This document shows positions 1-13,700 of a stretch of 64,000 bases of DNA, piece by piece. Position 1 is the first letter of the stretch, and each line of letters starts with the position of its first letter. The notes below the pieces were generated by a model, which was not told where the DNA came from, made no database searches, and saw nothing but the letters and a program-made list of their open reading frames with translations. The stretch comes from Lytechinus pictus (taxonomy: Eukaryota), in NCBI RefSeq assembly GCF_037042905.1, contig NC_087246.1, forward strand, positions 61,194,001-61,258,000, given 5' to 3'. Position numbers and translations under genes: made by a program.

Positions 1-998
1 AGTACAGCCTGCAGGTGTTTTTAAAAGGGTATATTCTACAATCGTTCTTTCTCCAGTATACAAAAGTAATACATATATCATTGATCCAACATATGAAAAT
101 AACGGGACCCAATATGCTTCCTTATGGAACGCTGTACTTTATGTAAACTGAAATACGTTTTGCATGTTAACAACTTGATGAAGAAAGTATTTCATGGTTA
201 CTTCATCGAATTATTTTTTAAGGTTGAGAAGAACCACCCCCCAAAAAAAGTCAAATTTGAAGTGACAGGTGAAATTTAAATCATAATATGTACAATTAGA
301 AGATTAAAAGCAGGGACCTCGGGACACACACGCACACTTTTTTCCAAAACCGTGTACAAAAACTTTAAAATCACCGTCTGATTGTGATTTATTTTTTGCA
401 TGGTCAGCCCTCACCTTCGCCACCCCCTCCACTTTATAAACCGTGCACAGCTCCCGAGAACTAGTCGAAGCATGATGTTTATTTAAAAAAAAAACAGTAA
501 GCCAGAAAAATGAAGTCAATGTGGTTCTATATCTATAAAGAAGAGTGTAAAACCAGTTCAATGAATCGATATTTCCTGCATTCTAAAATAAATTATATAT
601 ATTACTAATTATCACCCGTATCAGACATCTGAGCTGGTCATTAACAAAGTCGTATTGCCCTACATTTTCTGAATATCAGGAAAGGATAGGTATATTGTTT
701 GTATTGTCCTCGGTCTCAATGCATGTATTGACTTTGCACGCAGAGACGACGCAAAATATACCTTTGTATTTTCCCTGGTCCTTGAACCGCGCAGTGCTAT
801 ACGTCATGATGGTAATCAAGTTAAGACAACGCTGGATACTGCGTCCCTAGGCCAGGGACGCGTCATTTCAATTACGTCACAATGGTAAAGTCCAGAGGCC
901 TAGTCTGCTCAACATGATAAACTAAATTCTCATTCTAAAAATTTAAAATATCTAAATTTTAACGATTTTTGCTCTAGATGTCTGATTTGGTTAATAAT

Positions 999-1117
999 AG
1001 CAATATTGACTGGCCTGGGGGCGAAAGGACATATATCGCCCTCACTAAATTGATATCACCCTCGTCTACGACTCGGGCGATATATGTCGTATCGCCCCGA
1101 GGCCAGTCAATATTGCT
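999..1117. mobile_element. Palindromic MITE
   Basis: ~45-bp near-perfect arms AGCAATATTGACTGGCCT..CATATATCGCCC / GGGCGATATATG..AGGCCAGTCAATATTGCT. Confidence 0.75.
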
Positions 1118-3627
1118 TTAATAATTTGTACAAACTTAATATTAGGGGAAAATGTTTCATCAGTGAAATCTGCGAATGTATTCCATTATGTATATCATAG
1201 AGATAAGATAAACTTTAATACCCTAACTAGTACATTAGATTTTCAGTTAGGATCTAGAAATCCTCAGAAGCTATATAGTGGCTAAGATGTTCAGCCTTGT
1301 TTATTTTGTTGGTGTTTAACAAATCAGCCGCGCAAAACAATGATTAATTTATTTTAATAACATTAGCAATATCGTATAGGCCTACATCATCTTTATGAAT
1401 TTATTTTTAATGTTTTGCAGTTATCATAGGGTCCACTTTCTAATTGAATCATTATTTATGTAAAAAAAATGCAGTATCAAAATTCCAGTCGCTTGAAGAG
1501 ATACTGAAAAAAAATTATGTTAAAAGACTAATGGTTCTAGTATATAGAATCCCATTGCTTTGAGCATATGTTTCTATACGGTCACTTATATCTCTTTTGG
1601 GCGAACTTTGTCTTCAATTAAAGGAATTCGATGGTCCCACCTCCAAATGTTATACCTGTGTCTGTGACGTGTGGAATAAATGAAGCCCTGATGAAAATAC
1701 ACCTGAAAATCATTAAAAGTTTTTAAAAATGGAACATAAGACCATCAATTTCAGTCCAGTTGTTACTATCATCACCAGCTAAAAATAAAAAATAATAAAT
1801 AGACCCCTGATGGATTTTTTTTTTTCGGTCATATATAGCCGTAAGTGTCATTGTTTTCCTTCCTGTGTAATGTTTTTCTTTTACTAATTACAAGGCACAT
1901 GCACCCTTCTAGCTCAAGATCCCGTTCCTGCATGGCCAGTAGATAGCCCTCAGTGCCAAATAAATAGGAGTCGCGTGACGTCATCATATCACTTAACAGA
2001 ACGAAAATATATCTTTTATTCTTCTTTCAAATCGATACTGCACGATCTACCCCAAATCATATACTGCACCCTCCTCGATCCTCCCCCAGTGTTCTATTGA
2101 TTCACTGTCTAACTGTTTAGCAACGTGCTATTGTATTTTCCTTCTACTCGAGCTCCGCGGGGGAATTGTCGGGGGTTATAGTTTGAAGATCCGATTTTAT
2201 ATTTGCTCGCTCGCAGTCTGTGTAATTTGTCAGCTCACCCATTGTTGAACTCTAACGCGCCTGTATTTTGGTTGTCTGAAGTGTGTGGGCCCATTCACCG
2301 AGCTCTACAATAAATATTTCCTATTTGCAGTAGACCATCGTTATGGGAACCTAACGGGTTGAACTTGCTATAATGTTCGTAACGAGGTGAATAGGCTTGT
2401 TGAATATCATGATTCTTACCCGGATTCTTAATACAAGGAGGCAATAAGGAATTAAAATAATGTGAGATTTGTGTCTCCGACAGTTCGTGACAGCTTATCG
2501 CTTCACGTTGCCAAGCACTTACCCGTCTACCGGATCGCCCAACAGGTCAGTACTATACCTATCGGATTATAACTCCTTTACTAGGCCTAAACTCGTATTT
2601 CAACTAAATAACGTGGCCAGTCTTCGTATATCTAGCCCTTAGCAGTTTACTGTGTTAGGGAATATTAATATATTTTGTTAAGTCTTTAAACTGGAGAACA
2701 ATTAATAACATGCGTTGTCCGATATTTTAGACATTATTAAGAAACAAGATTGAAAATTTTGTTTTTTTCCAACATAATTGAATTTTATATATTTCATAGG
2801 AGGAGGAAGAACAGTTTAGAGCTAAATTAAACTAAAAAGCATGCATGTAAATTATTAAAATTATTTCAGATGAACTTTCATATTTTTCTTTCTTCTTTTT
2901 CTCCTCTCCCCTTTCCCCCTCTCCTTATCGTCGTACTCTCGCCCTTCTTCTCCCCAATCTTCTAATTGGTCTTCATTCTTTTATTTTGATTCTCCTTTCT
3001 CCTTTTTCTTTCTCCTCCTCCTCCTCCTCTTTGTCTTATTTTCTCTTTTTACTTGTTCTTCAATATTTCTTTCTTTGTTATTCTCGATCTCTTCCCACTC
3101 TCTTAAATTTAGTATCTGTGTCAATACGTGTGTTTTCCTCTCTCTCTTTCTACCCCTCCCTCCGTCTATCTTTTAGTTTGTCTTCCTACATGTATCTATC
3201 ACTTTTCCTTTTTATAAATCATAATCATTCTTGTATCATTTTAGTGTGATGCTTTTTCATTGGTCGACTCTTTATACCTAATTATAATGTTATCTGTTTA
3301 TTCATGCAAGTTTATTTTTGTATATTAATTTGTCATGATAATATTATGTACTATGGTGTTTGTTGATATTTACCTCTGCATAAGCAGTCCTGTCTGGAAT
3401 AAAGACTTAAATTGAATATCTCTAACCCTTTTTGACCTACTTAATTAATATTTAATTTTCGTTTTGGTCAATGAATTTTTGTTGCTCAGTATTATTTTCA
3501 CGAATCTGCACGTTACACGTAAATATTGGATACAAATACTTTTCTATTAACCGTTACAAATGCAGTGTTTGTAGAATAAAACCAGGTTCGAATTATTACT
3601 TTACAAACATTTAAAAATGAACATTAA

Positions 3628-4215
3628 AGGAGAATGAAACCCTTGAAACCAGCTGAATCCATATCAAAGAGAAAAATCAAAGAAACATATTGTTGAAAGT
3701 TTGAGGATGATTGAATGAATAATAAGAAAGTTATGAGCATTTGAATATTGAGATCACTAATGCCATTTAGATCCTCCAAAAAATTGGCAATGCGACCAAG
3801 ATCTGTTATGTCACACACGTACAACTCCCTCATTACTTTAGTACTTATTTCACTTATATTCTCACTTTTATAGAGTCTATCACAAGGTGAGGTGTTCTCT
3901 TTATGAGAGGACAAGTACAGAGGTTTCACAACATTATATCATTGATGAATCGTTTGTCATATGATTAGAATAAGCAAAAAGAGATGTTTTGGGGTATATT
4001 TTCAGTGTCCAAAAGGGGAGAGTTGTTCATCTGTGACATCATAGATCTTGGTCGCATTGCCAATGGGAGGATCTCCATAGTATTAGTGATCTCAATATTC
4101 AAATGCTCATAACTCTTCTATTGCTAGTCCTATTTTACTCAAACTTTTGTTGATCTTATTCTTTGATTTTTCTGCTTTCACAAAAGCTAACCTGCTCCAA
4201 GAGTTTCATTCTCCT
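3628..4215. mobile_element. TTAA-flanked MITE (Kolobok-like)
   Basis: TTAA|AGGAGAATGAAAC ... GTTTCATTCTCCT|TTAA with long internal inverted arms; a related left end starts at ~63879. Confidence 0.8.
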
Positions 4216-7200
4216 TTAACAACAACAAACCAATGAATAAAGACCCCAGTGCATTCTACATACTCAATTTGTTACCATGCACTACAAGTTGCATTCTGTC
4301 ACGATCTGTGATCCAACATGATAAGATCAGTAAAACTCCGGCTAGTTTATCGATCACGTCACACATCGTCTTATTATTTCTACTCTTCCATTTCATGATA
4401 ATATCTTCCCAGCTCATTGAACTTTGATTTCAATCTATTGAGCCCATGGATTAATTTAGACAATCAATATCTAAATCAACATCAAACCCTAACAACGTAA
4501 ACATGATGCTTGAACTATAATTGTGAACAAGTCGTCACCAGGGTGCGGCATGCAGGGATCACCCTTCCCCCTTTCCCGGTGATCGTAGAAATGATGACAA
4601 AAGAGAGGGAAAGAAACATGATAATTGAACAGCCATTGTTTTATATTAATGTCAACTGTTGATGATGTCAATAAAGTGTGACAGTTCTCTTCGTAACGTT
4701 TTAATAATATGACAAATACCGATGAGATTGTATTCCGGGGAGTATATCAAATGACGAGTTTCCATTCAAAGCACACTCCGCACACTATACCAAACACATT
4801 AAAACAAAAACCAACCGACCACTCTGCGAGGACTGCTTACCCTGGTGGAGAGTGAAATATATTATGGTAAAAACAGAGAGGCTTGTGCGATCGCCCCTCC
4901 CCCCACAATTAATATATTGGGGGGGGGGACATATCGCTTTGCCACCCTCAGTAATTTTGACAACCTGAAAATTTTATAAAATGCAGTCCAAATGTATTAA
5001 AACATTGGAAGGCATTATAAAAAAAACTATCAAACTTATTGGCATAAAATACTATTAACCGTACAAAATTGTCAATTTTTCGACATGCGTCGCACTCAAA
5101 GTTCTCACCCCGAAATTTGTGTATTTTTGTCACCCCCCCCCCCCCCTTCCACTTTCCATCCGAAACATGGATGATTTGGCTTTCCCATGTTTACTTTATG
5201 TCGGACACAGTAAGGAAATAAATCATAACAGTTTTAGTATCTTATACAAGTTGAATACATGGGATCTAGATTGATTGTTTTTTCTCTGATATACCTTTTT
5301 TCTTCCATTTTTCGTCATTTGCCTTTTTTTATAGAACTTTATTTCAATTAATTAATATGCTACGAATTGTCCCAACTATTGGCAAGCTTTTTTGTACCGT
5401 TGACATCATTTAAAATCTGTAATCTTAGAAGAATTCTTCAACTCGCTATCGCAATAAATAAACAAAATTAATCATTTGGTATCTTGTATCGTTCCATAAA
5501 ACATGGTCAGTTTGATGTACTTTGTGTGATAATTATATGGTTTGTTGATTGCTAATGATGTAAAAGTTCAAGGAGTCATTGCTTTCGCGGTTTTTTGTTT
5601 ACCTGACGTACCAAAATAAACTTAAATTAATTAAATCAAATCTTCTCCCACAATAATTTACTGATGGGGAATTTATTACTCGCTTGCATCACGAAATAAT
5701 ACCGAATGGCAGCATCCATGACACTGTACCTATTTAGAAATGTTTGTATATATTGTGAAATAAATAATATTACCAGATTAAACAAAGATGTTTTTAGATA
5801 TCTAAATATGTAAAACTGTATAAAAAAAATTAACCCTGTGTTAATTTCTCATCCAAGTTTAATGATCCGAGGACCCTTTTAATTTGTCAGCACTGACATG
5901 TTGAGTTTCTCCGACAGTAATTATAGTAACAATCAGAGGTCAGTGCTTCTCAGCCATTCAAAACCAAGGATTTCACTGATAAAACCCCACCCTGGAATTA
6001 CTTTTTTTATTCTTTTTCCTACATTGGACACAGGTCGGTTTAAACACGTTTCATGGAATGTGATTGGGAGTGCGTTTGAAATTGTAATGAGATCAGATCT
6101 TATTTTTATTTGGTAATACAGTACATTTAGTTTGTCGACCTACATGTAGGAGCACATTTAAAGTTGATTTGTGTATAATGCAAGTCAATCCATTGACCGC
6201 GGTGTAGGCCAAAAAAGCTCAGAAATATCATTCCAATGTGATAATGATCAATATAAAAACATAATATAATTGGTTACCTGCCAATTGGTTTTTCTGATTA
6301 TCGTGATTGTGATTTAATCTGGTGGCCTGAAAAATATCATAATTCTACTGAGAAGAAACCAAACTTGATCGTCTCTAAAATAAAAGAAAGAAAAGTAGCG
6401 CTCTCGTCTATTTTAAAATAAAGGATGCCAACACAAACTACAGCTTTTAGACAAACAGGGGGGGACATAACGTGTTAACATGTCTATAATGCACAATTCT
6501 GTACATGATTGACATGTTTTTATTTTTTTAATTAGGATGATCAAAATAATCATAAAATTTATCGGTTTCGTATTGGGTATCATTCAGAACCTGAATGGGG
6601 GGAACTAAATCAATATCCTCATTCCATTTCTTCTTTGAATAAAAGCACGATTTAAAAAGTGAATACCACCTGACAAGATCCAATCAATATCAATCGGCCT
6701 TGTTTCAATGTTTGAGGTTTGCTGGGTTTGGTGTCTATAATGCTGACCTTGCCTTCATCAATGGTATCTATAATTGGACTCAAGTGACAATCAAAAGATG
6801 TACATGAAATGTGGTTTCTTCTGCCAGAGCCTATATCATCTTGTGAAATAGGTCACTGTCATCTCCAGCAACCGCATGTGTTGCGTGAAGAGATCAGCTG
6901 GCCACGTCCCCGGTCCTGTGGGTCTACTTGATGCTGTGAAGTCGTGTGCTCGCGAGTCTGCCGTGGAATTATATATCCTGTTCATTCAAAGTATCATTAT
7001 ACTCTATTTGATTCAAAGATAAACTCAGATACAGATATTGTCCAAAATCAATTTTGTTTTGGAATAGAAAGAGCAACATCTAAGCAGCATCATTCATCCA
7101 TAGATTTACTTGACTATCATTCTGAATCCACTGTGACCTGTTCTGTAGTTTAATTTATCAACAAACATATGGACCTACTTATGAAGACGTTAAGAGTCTT

Positions 7201-7457
7201 GGCGGTGAAAGTACGATTCAGCAACAGCTGTGAAACTCTTTAGAATAATGATTGTCTCTGCTTAATACATAGGTTATTCATCTGTTAACTAAGTCTATCG
7301 ACGACCGAGAACATTACAGATTTAGAAGAACAATAAACACGATTCACGAATCGTGATATAGACCTACTCAAAATATTGGTTTGCAGTTCAAAATATATAT
7401 GTACCACTAGGCCAATTGACTGATTTCATCCTCTGGATCTTGCAGAGGGTCCACAAC

Positions 7458-7719
7458 ATGCCTCACATGGTACCCACCATGCACAAGGTGGGTGTTCGGG
7501 ATGTCAGCGGTAGGTTCGTTGACACGTTCGACCTGATGCTGCAGTTGCCATGGGGAGCTCTCATCACCGTCGTCGTCCACCACGACATGACCATCCACCA
7601 GCTGAAATCCGCCATCGAGTTTTCGGTCGGGCTTCCGTCTGATCTACTGACACTGGGTTACAAGCGCCACGCCTCCCTTGCCGAAAATCTAACTCTTCGG
7701 GAGATGAAATTGATACCAG
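7458..7719 (+). CDS. ANKRD60-like coding exon 1 (ubiquitin-like domain)
   Basis: ATG at 7458; donor CCAG|GTATAC; possible acceptor AG at 7409-7410 implies an upstream UTR exon. Confidence 0.8.
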
Positions 7720-10700
7720 GTATACGAGAGTGGAGTATGTGGTTCTTTTGTTATGTGCGTTTAAGTATTAGATAACACGTTAAATCTCAAAATGGTTACT
7801 GCGATTTGGTTTGCATTTTGCTCTGTTTTCTTGTTGTTTTGTAGTTGGTATTGGTAGGCATATTGTTTGAAGATTGGTTCCCCCAAGTAGGTGTATATTT
7901 AGTAAAGTAGCAGCAGTAGTATCAGTAGAAGTAATTGTAGTAGTTGTTGTAGCAGTAAAAGTAGTTGTAGTAGTTGTTGTACTAGTAAAAGTAGCAGCAG
8001 AGGTAGTCAGCAGCAGAAGTAGCACACTGCAAAAACTCCGGTGTTGATTTAACACCAGCCAAGAATCTATATATGTCAACACCTGCAGAGAAGTATTGAA
8101 ACAACACCAGTTTGGAATCAAACCGATGCTGTTTTAATACTAATTGGTGTTGTATAAACACCTATCTGGTGTTAGGCCAAAACGAAACTGGTGTTGTTTA
8201 ACACTTCTCTAGTGTGGACATATATAGATTCCGGGCTGGTGTTAAATCAACACCAGATTTTTTGCAGTGCACTAGTAGCAGCAGCAGTAGTAGTGATAGT
8301 GTTGTTTATTGATGTGGTGGTGGCGGAGATGTGGTAAGGATAGTAGCAGTATCCTTATAACAAAAACCTAATCTCTATTATAACCATTTTCGTCACCCGA
8401 GGAAAACAAATTTGAGTCAGTGTAATCCTTCTTCCAAATGTTACTGATCATGTTATGTTACTGATTATTTACAGGGGATCGCGTCAATGTCATTCTCGAA
8501 TATGGATTTGAAGAGCTTGTGTCTGGTGCTGTTTCTGGCAACACTCAGTTAATCATCAACGATATCAAGAGGCACTGGAACGAGGACGATGTCGACAGAA
8601 GGCGCATGGTCGTCATGTTCATCGCAGCACATCGAGGATTTCATTATCTTATTGATAAGTATGTACTTCAGTAACTCCTGTATGCAATTACGCTGATAGA
8701 CACGCTCGTTTCGTTATCACCTGACTCCACCAGAATCATAATTTCGATGAAATATAGACATTGTGACTCTGGAGCTGTCAAATTTTCAAAAACAAATTTC
8801 AAAGAAAGGCAAAAATTTGCCGGAAAATTCTCAAGTGAAGTGATATGGGATATGCTCAACCAAAGTTTTCCCAAAAGTTTGAAGATCACAATTGCGAGAG
8901 CCTTAAGAATATTTCCCTAAGTAATTGAGGGAGAGGGGAGTGAACAAATCTTTCGTTACATTTTTTAGGTTACATCCAAAATTTGCTAATTAATCTTCAG
9001 AAAGTAACATTAGGAGTTTTTCAGTGTATGCGAAATGAACTGAACAATGGAAAGAGACGCAGTAATTATCGACAAAAAAGACAATAAAGTTTGCTTGTCA
9101 AAGACATCTATATTATTTTCCAATTGAAAGATATATTGAATTGATTTCTTTGATTTATTGATTTTCTTTCAGTTATGCATAATTATGATAAATATGAATT
9201 ATGTCAAAAATATAACAAGACATAATACCATGTACAGGGACACAATTGTATTGCTATGTCTCATTGTCTTTGTAATTACATTACGATTTTGATTTACAGG
9301 ATGTTAGATGATGGAGCTCACCCCGACTCAATAACACCTGCTGGTCGAACACCTCTTCACATCGCCTGTGCCATGGGGAATGGTGGATGTATAGATACCC
9401 TCCTGCAACACGGAGCTAACACTACACTAAAGGTATGTCATGTTCTTGACAGGTGCGACGCTCGGAATTTAGAGGGGGTACTGAGATGACCTGATGGTGA
9501 CTTTGTTTTCATAATAATAAAAGGGGTAGCACGTGGTTACACGACCCATTACAATCTTTTCAATGTTCTTATCTATTTCTCCTCCTTTCTGATTTTCTTC
9601 TTCCCTACTTCTCCTATAATATTTCTTTGAGCAATTATATTAAAAATGACAAGTGGCACACCCGAACAAGAAATGCCAACTGCCCCAAACAAAAAGTTTG
9701 GATATTATTTGTTATAATGATATTGTCAAAGCATGAAGGGTATAATTCAAGGTTAGAAAACAACAAATACCATTCATGGTGACTAAAGAGCGTCTACCAC
9801 CACCTCGTTTATTAATTCTCATTGCATAAAACTTTTCAGGATGCGAACAACAAGACTCCAGCTCAGCTTGCCTTCAGTTGCGGCCAGCAGGAGGCCGAAC
9901 GTCGGATGGTCTTGTATGAGAGGGCTCGATCCCGTCAGACCAGACGGCTCAGCAAACACGATGATTGGTTGCTTACCTTACCAAAGAGCAGTCCATCGCC
10001 AACTACCGCTTCGACCTCATCCTCGTCATCGTGGTCTCGGTCACCAAGGTTTCCGGTCTCACGTCTAGCGAGAAGCGTGACACCAACACTGGCCCTGCAG
10101 GAGTTATCTCTTTCCCCGGCACCTGGTAAAAGCGTCTATAATTATTGTCACTGGCTTTTATTTTGTTTTGGGTTTTTTTTCCCCCGGAAACTCGTAGGGC
10201 ATGCATTGTGTTTTGATATTTTGAAATCGACCCACCTATAAATACGAGATAAACAGATCGACAAGCAATCGCATCATTTATGAAAATAATTTATATGTGA
10301 GTAAGGCTTTCTCATTTATATTTGATAAAAATTAATTAACATACTTCAAAGATGGATCACTACAATGATCATCTTAGAACCACCTTTCGCCTTCCTCATG
10401 TTCAAATCGGACTTGTCAGGGGCAATTGATAGCATAAAATTAACGGAGAGAGAGAGATAGAGAAGGGAGAGATGGATACAGATAAAGAGAAAGAGGAATA
10501 GGAGCTAAACCTACTTCAGAATCTTAATCCTCTACTGAGGTCGTCATCGACATATTTTATGCTACACACAGGTCCGGAGCTGATGGTCAAGTCCTTGAGT
10601 GGAGCGGTGAAGACGAAGAAAGCACTGAACAGGTTTTCTGTTCGGAGGCTAACTCAAGCCGACCTTGACGGGATGAGCCAGAGCAGTGAGGGCAGCGTCG

Positions 10701-13700
10701 ATTCGGAACCTGCCAAAGAAGAAGATCTTCCCACCTTCGATGATCAAGAATCTGCAAATGATGGGGAAGAGAACGAGGAAAATGTGGTAAGCTTCCGCAA
10801 AAAATAGACCAATTTTGACCATCTGCAATAAGATCAGGGGAGCGTTTTACTATAGTTCATCCCACAAAATCTGTTTCATCCGACAATTACCACAGTAACA
10901 ACCAGACACTTGTGCCTCTCAGCCAGTCATAACCTAGGAAAAGTTGTAAGATCTGACATTTCGGATGATAAAGGTTACCGAAACTCTTTCTTTTGTAATA
11001 TCGGAAGGTATCCCACTTCCGGAAGAATGCAGTGCGAAGCCTACACCATGCTTTTGTGTTCTTGGTAATGACAGAAAGTCGTCAAGTCATTGACTTATAT
11101 TTCATTCATTTACTTCATTTTTAGTTTTATTAGAATAAGGTAGAACTGTCAGTTACAAACTGCTCTAACAACGCCCCTGATAATATAAGCATTCACCGAG
11201 GGGATTTACTATTTCTCAATAAAAAAAACCTGTATAATTTAGATCAATGTAACATGTGCAAATATCATGTGGCCAATATATTCTCACTTGAATAATCTCG
11301 ATAAAGCGTAAAGTATCATTTTTGTCACACCTGCATAGCAGAGTGAGACTATAGGCGCCGCTTTTCCGACGGCGACGGCGGCGGTGGAGGCGGCGGCGTC
11401 AACACCAAATCTTAACCGAAGGTTAAGTTTTTGAAATGACAGCATAACTTAGAAAGTATATGGACCTAGTTCATAAAACTTGGTCATAAGGTTAATCAAG
11501 TATTACTGAATATCCTGCCTGAGTTTCATGTCACATGACCAAGGTCAAAGGTCATTTAGGGTCAATGAACTTAGACCATGTTGGGGGAATCAACATCAAA
11601 ATCTTAACCTAAGGTTAAGTTTTTGAAATGTCATCATAACTTAGAAAATATATAGACCTAGTTCATGAAACTTGAACATAAGATTAATCAAGTATCACTG
11701 AACATCCTGCATGAGTTTCACGTCACATGACTTAGGTCAAAGGTCATTTAGGGTCAATGAACTTTGGCCGAATTGGGGGTATCTGTTGAATTACCATCAT
11801 AACTTTGAATGTTTATGGATCTGATTCATGAATCTTGGACATAATAGTAATCAAGTATCACTAAATATCCTGTGCAAGTTTCAGGTCACATGATTAAGGT
11901 CAAAGGTCATTTAGGGTCAATTAACTTTGGCCAAATTGGGGGTATTTGTTGAATTACCATCATAACTTTGAAAGTATATTGGTCTTGTTCATAAAACTTG
12001 GACATAAGAGTAATCAAGGATCACTGAACATCCTGTGCGCATTTCAGGTCACATGACCAAGGTCAAAGGTCAGTGAACTTTGGCCATGTTGGGGGTATTT
12101 GTTGAATTACCATCATATCTATGTTAGTGTATTGGTCTAGTTCATAAAACGTGGACATAAGAGTAACCAAGTATCACTGAACATCTTGTGCGAGTTATAG
12201 TAGTTTTCAAAGTCAGCACTGCTGCTATATTGAATCGCGTGATGCAGGTGAGACCGCCAGAGGCATTCCACTTGTTTTTAAAAATTTCCCTTTAATATCC
12301 TGCCTCTCTAGTTACAAGTTACTACAGGGCAAATATATACACTTTGAATTGTGTTTTCAATTGTGGTTTATTTAAAGACATTAGATACCATACCAGTATC
12401 CAGTCCGGATGATACAGCTTCTACAGTCACCTTGCAGTCGCCTTCGCCACGACCACCGGCGATGCCGCCCGCCATACGACCACCACATCTTCTTCCATCG
12501 AGGACTACAGCTTGGCAACAAGAAACGCGGAAAGTCCGCTTCAATGATTCTACAAAAGACGCTGGTGTGATCCATACTGAGCGGTCAAGGGCACGTTCTG
12601 CTCCAGCCAGGAGATCAGTCAATATGTCGTCTGTGGTATTGGGATCAGATACAACACATCAAAGGTAATATCAAACTAAATGAAAGGGTCATGCTGATAA
12701 ACAAATCAAAATAATCCTGTAAATAATTATGTAGGCCCTGGTATAATTGCGTTCATGTCAAAGCCAGTATAAACTAATCAATCTACTTATCTTCCTATAG
12801 GCAATTATCACAAAATAAGCTAAAAAATTAACTACTAATATATAAAATGAAAGAGAGAACGACGTGCTTATATATTTTGTAATGATTGTTATTAAATCAG
12901 CCATGACTTTTGTTATTTTCACGATATGTGATCAATATGTGTCATTCGAAGTTCACATACTTTTTCATCAGATAAACATTATTTTAAATAAGACAATGTT
13001 TAGATCTTTGAAATGTAACGTCGTACTTTTCAGTGTTGTATAGCTTAAGTCATTAGAATTTGGTCTATTTGATATCAGGTTCAAAATTTCTCATATTTTT
13101 GGCAGCCCTGACACTGGACCGGATTCCCCATCACGCGTTAACAGCAGCGGAGACAATCAGCATCTATCTAACCTTAGCAATGGAATTCAGTGCAATAAAC
13201 CTATCGCCCCTCCCCGCAACAAACCACGAGCATCATCAGCTAGACTCCGAAGCCCACGTTACAACCCCCGATATCCTGATGACCGTTACGGTCGGGACGA
13301 AATATTGGACATGAGAAAGGTCAAAGACATCCAGGCATCCTTGGAGGTAAGCGTCGGTCTCCGTGAGACTACTGATCAACCATTTTTGTCAAACGGTCGC
13401 AGAAAAGCCACGCCAGAAGAGAATGGCGAAGCCTTTGTTGATTGGTTGGAGGGGAAGGTACAAGGTGCCAAGGATAGGAAGCTGTTGAACAATGTCCAGA
13501 AGATGTTGGATGAAGCATTTGGTAGAGCTGACGAGGAGATTAAAAGACAGGAAGAGAAGCGGCCCAAGATAACGGGCCAATCGTATGAGGACTGGAAGAA
13601 ACAGAAAGATGAAGAGGTACGGAACAAGCGGAAGGCTGCATTGGAGAAGCAACGGCAAAAGGAAGAGGCGCGCAGACTCCAAGCATCCACTGATGCTGAG

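Noticed and set aside
2986-3249. Hydrophobic 87-aa ORF (also 57875-58291)
   Set aside because: Translation of CT-rich low-complexity DNA.
7780-8121. Thr-rich mucin-like ORF
   Set aside because: Reads through a (GTA)n microsatellite and a MITE inside an intron.
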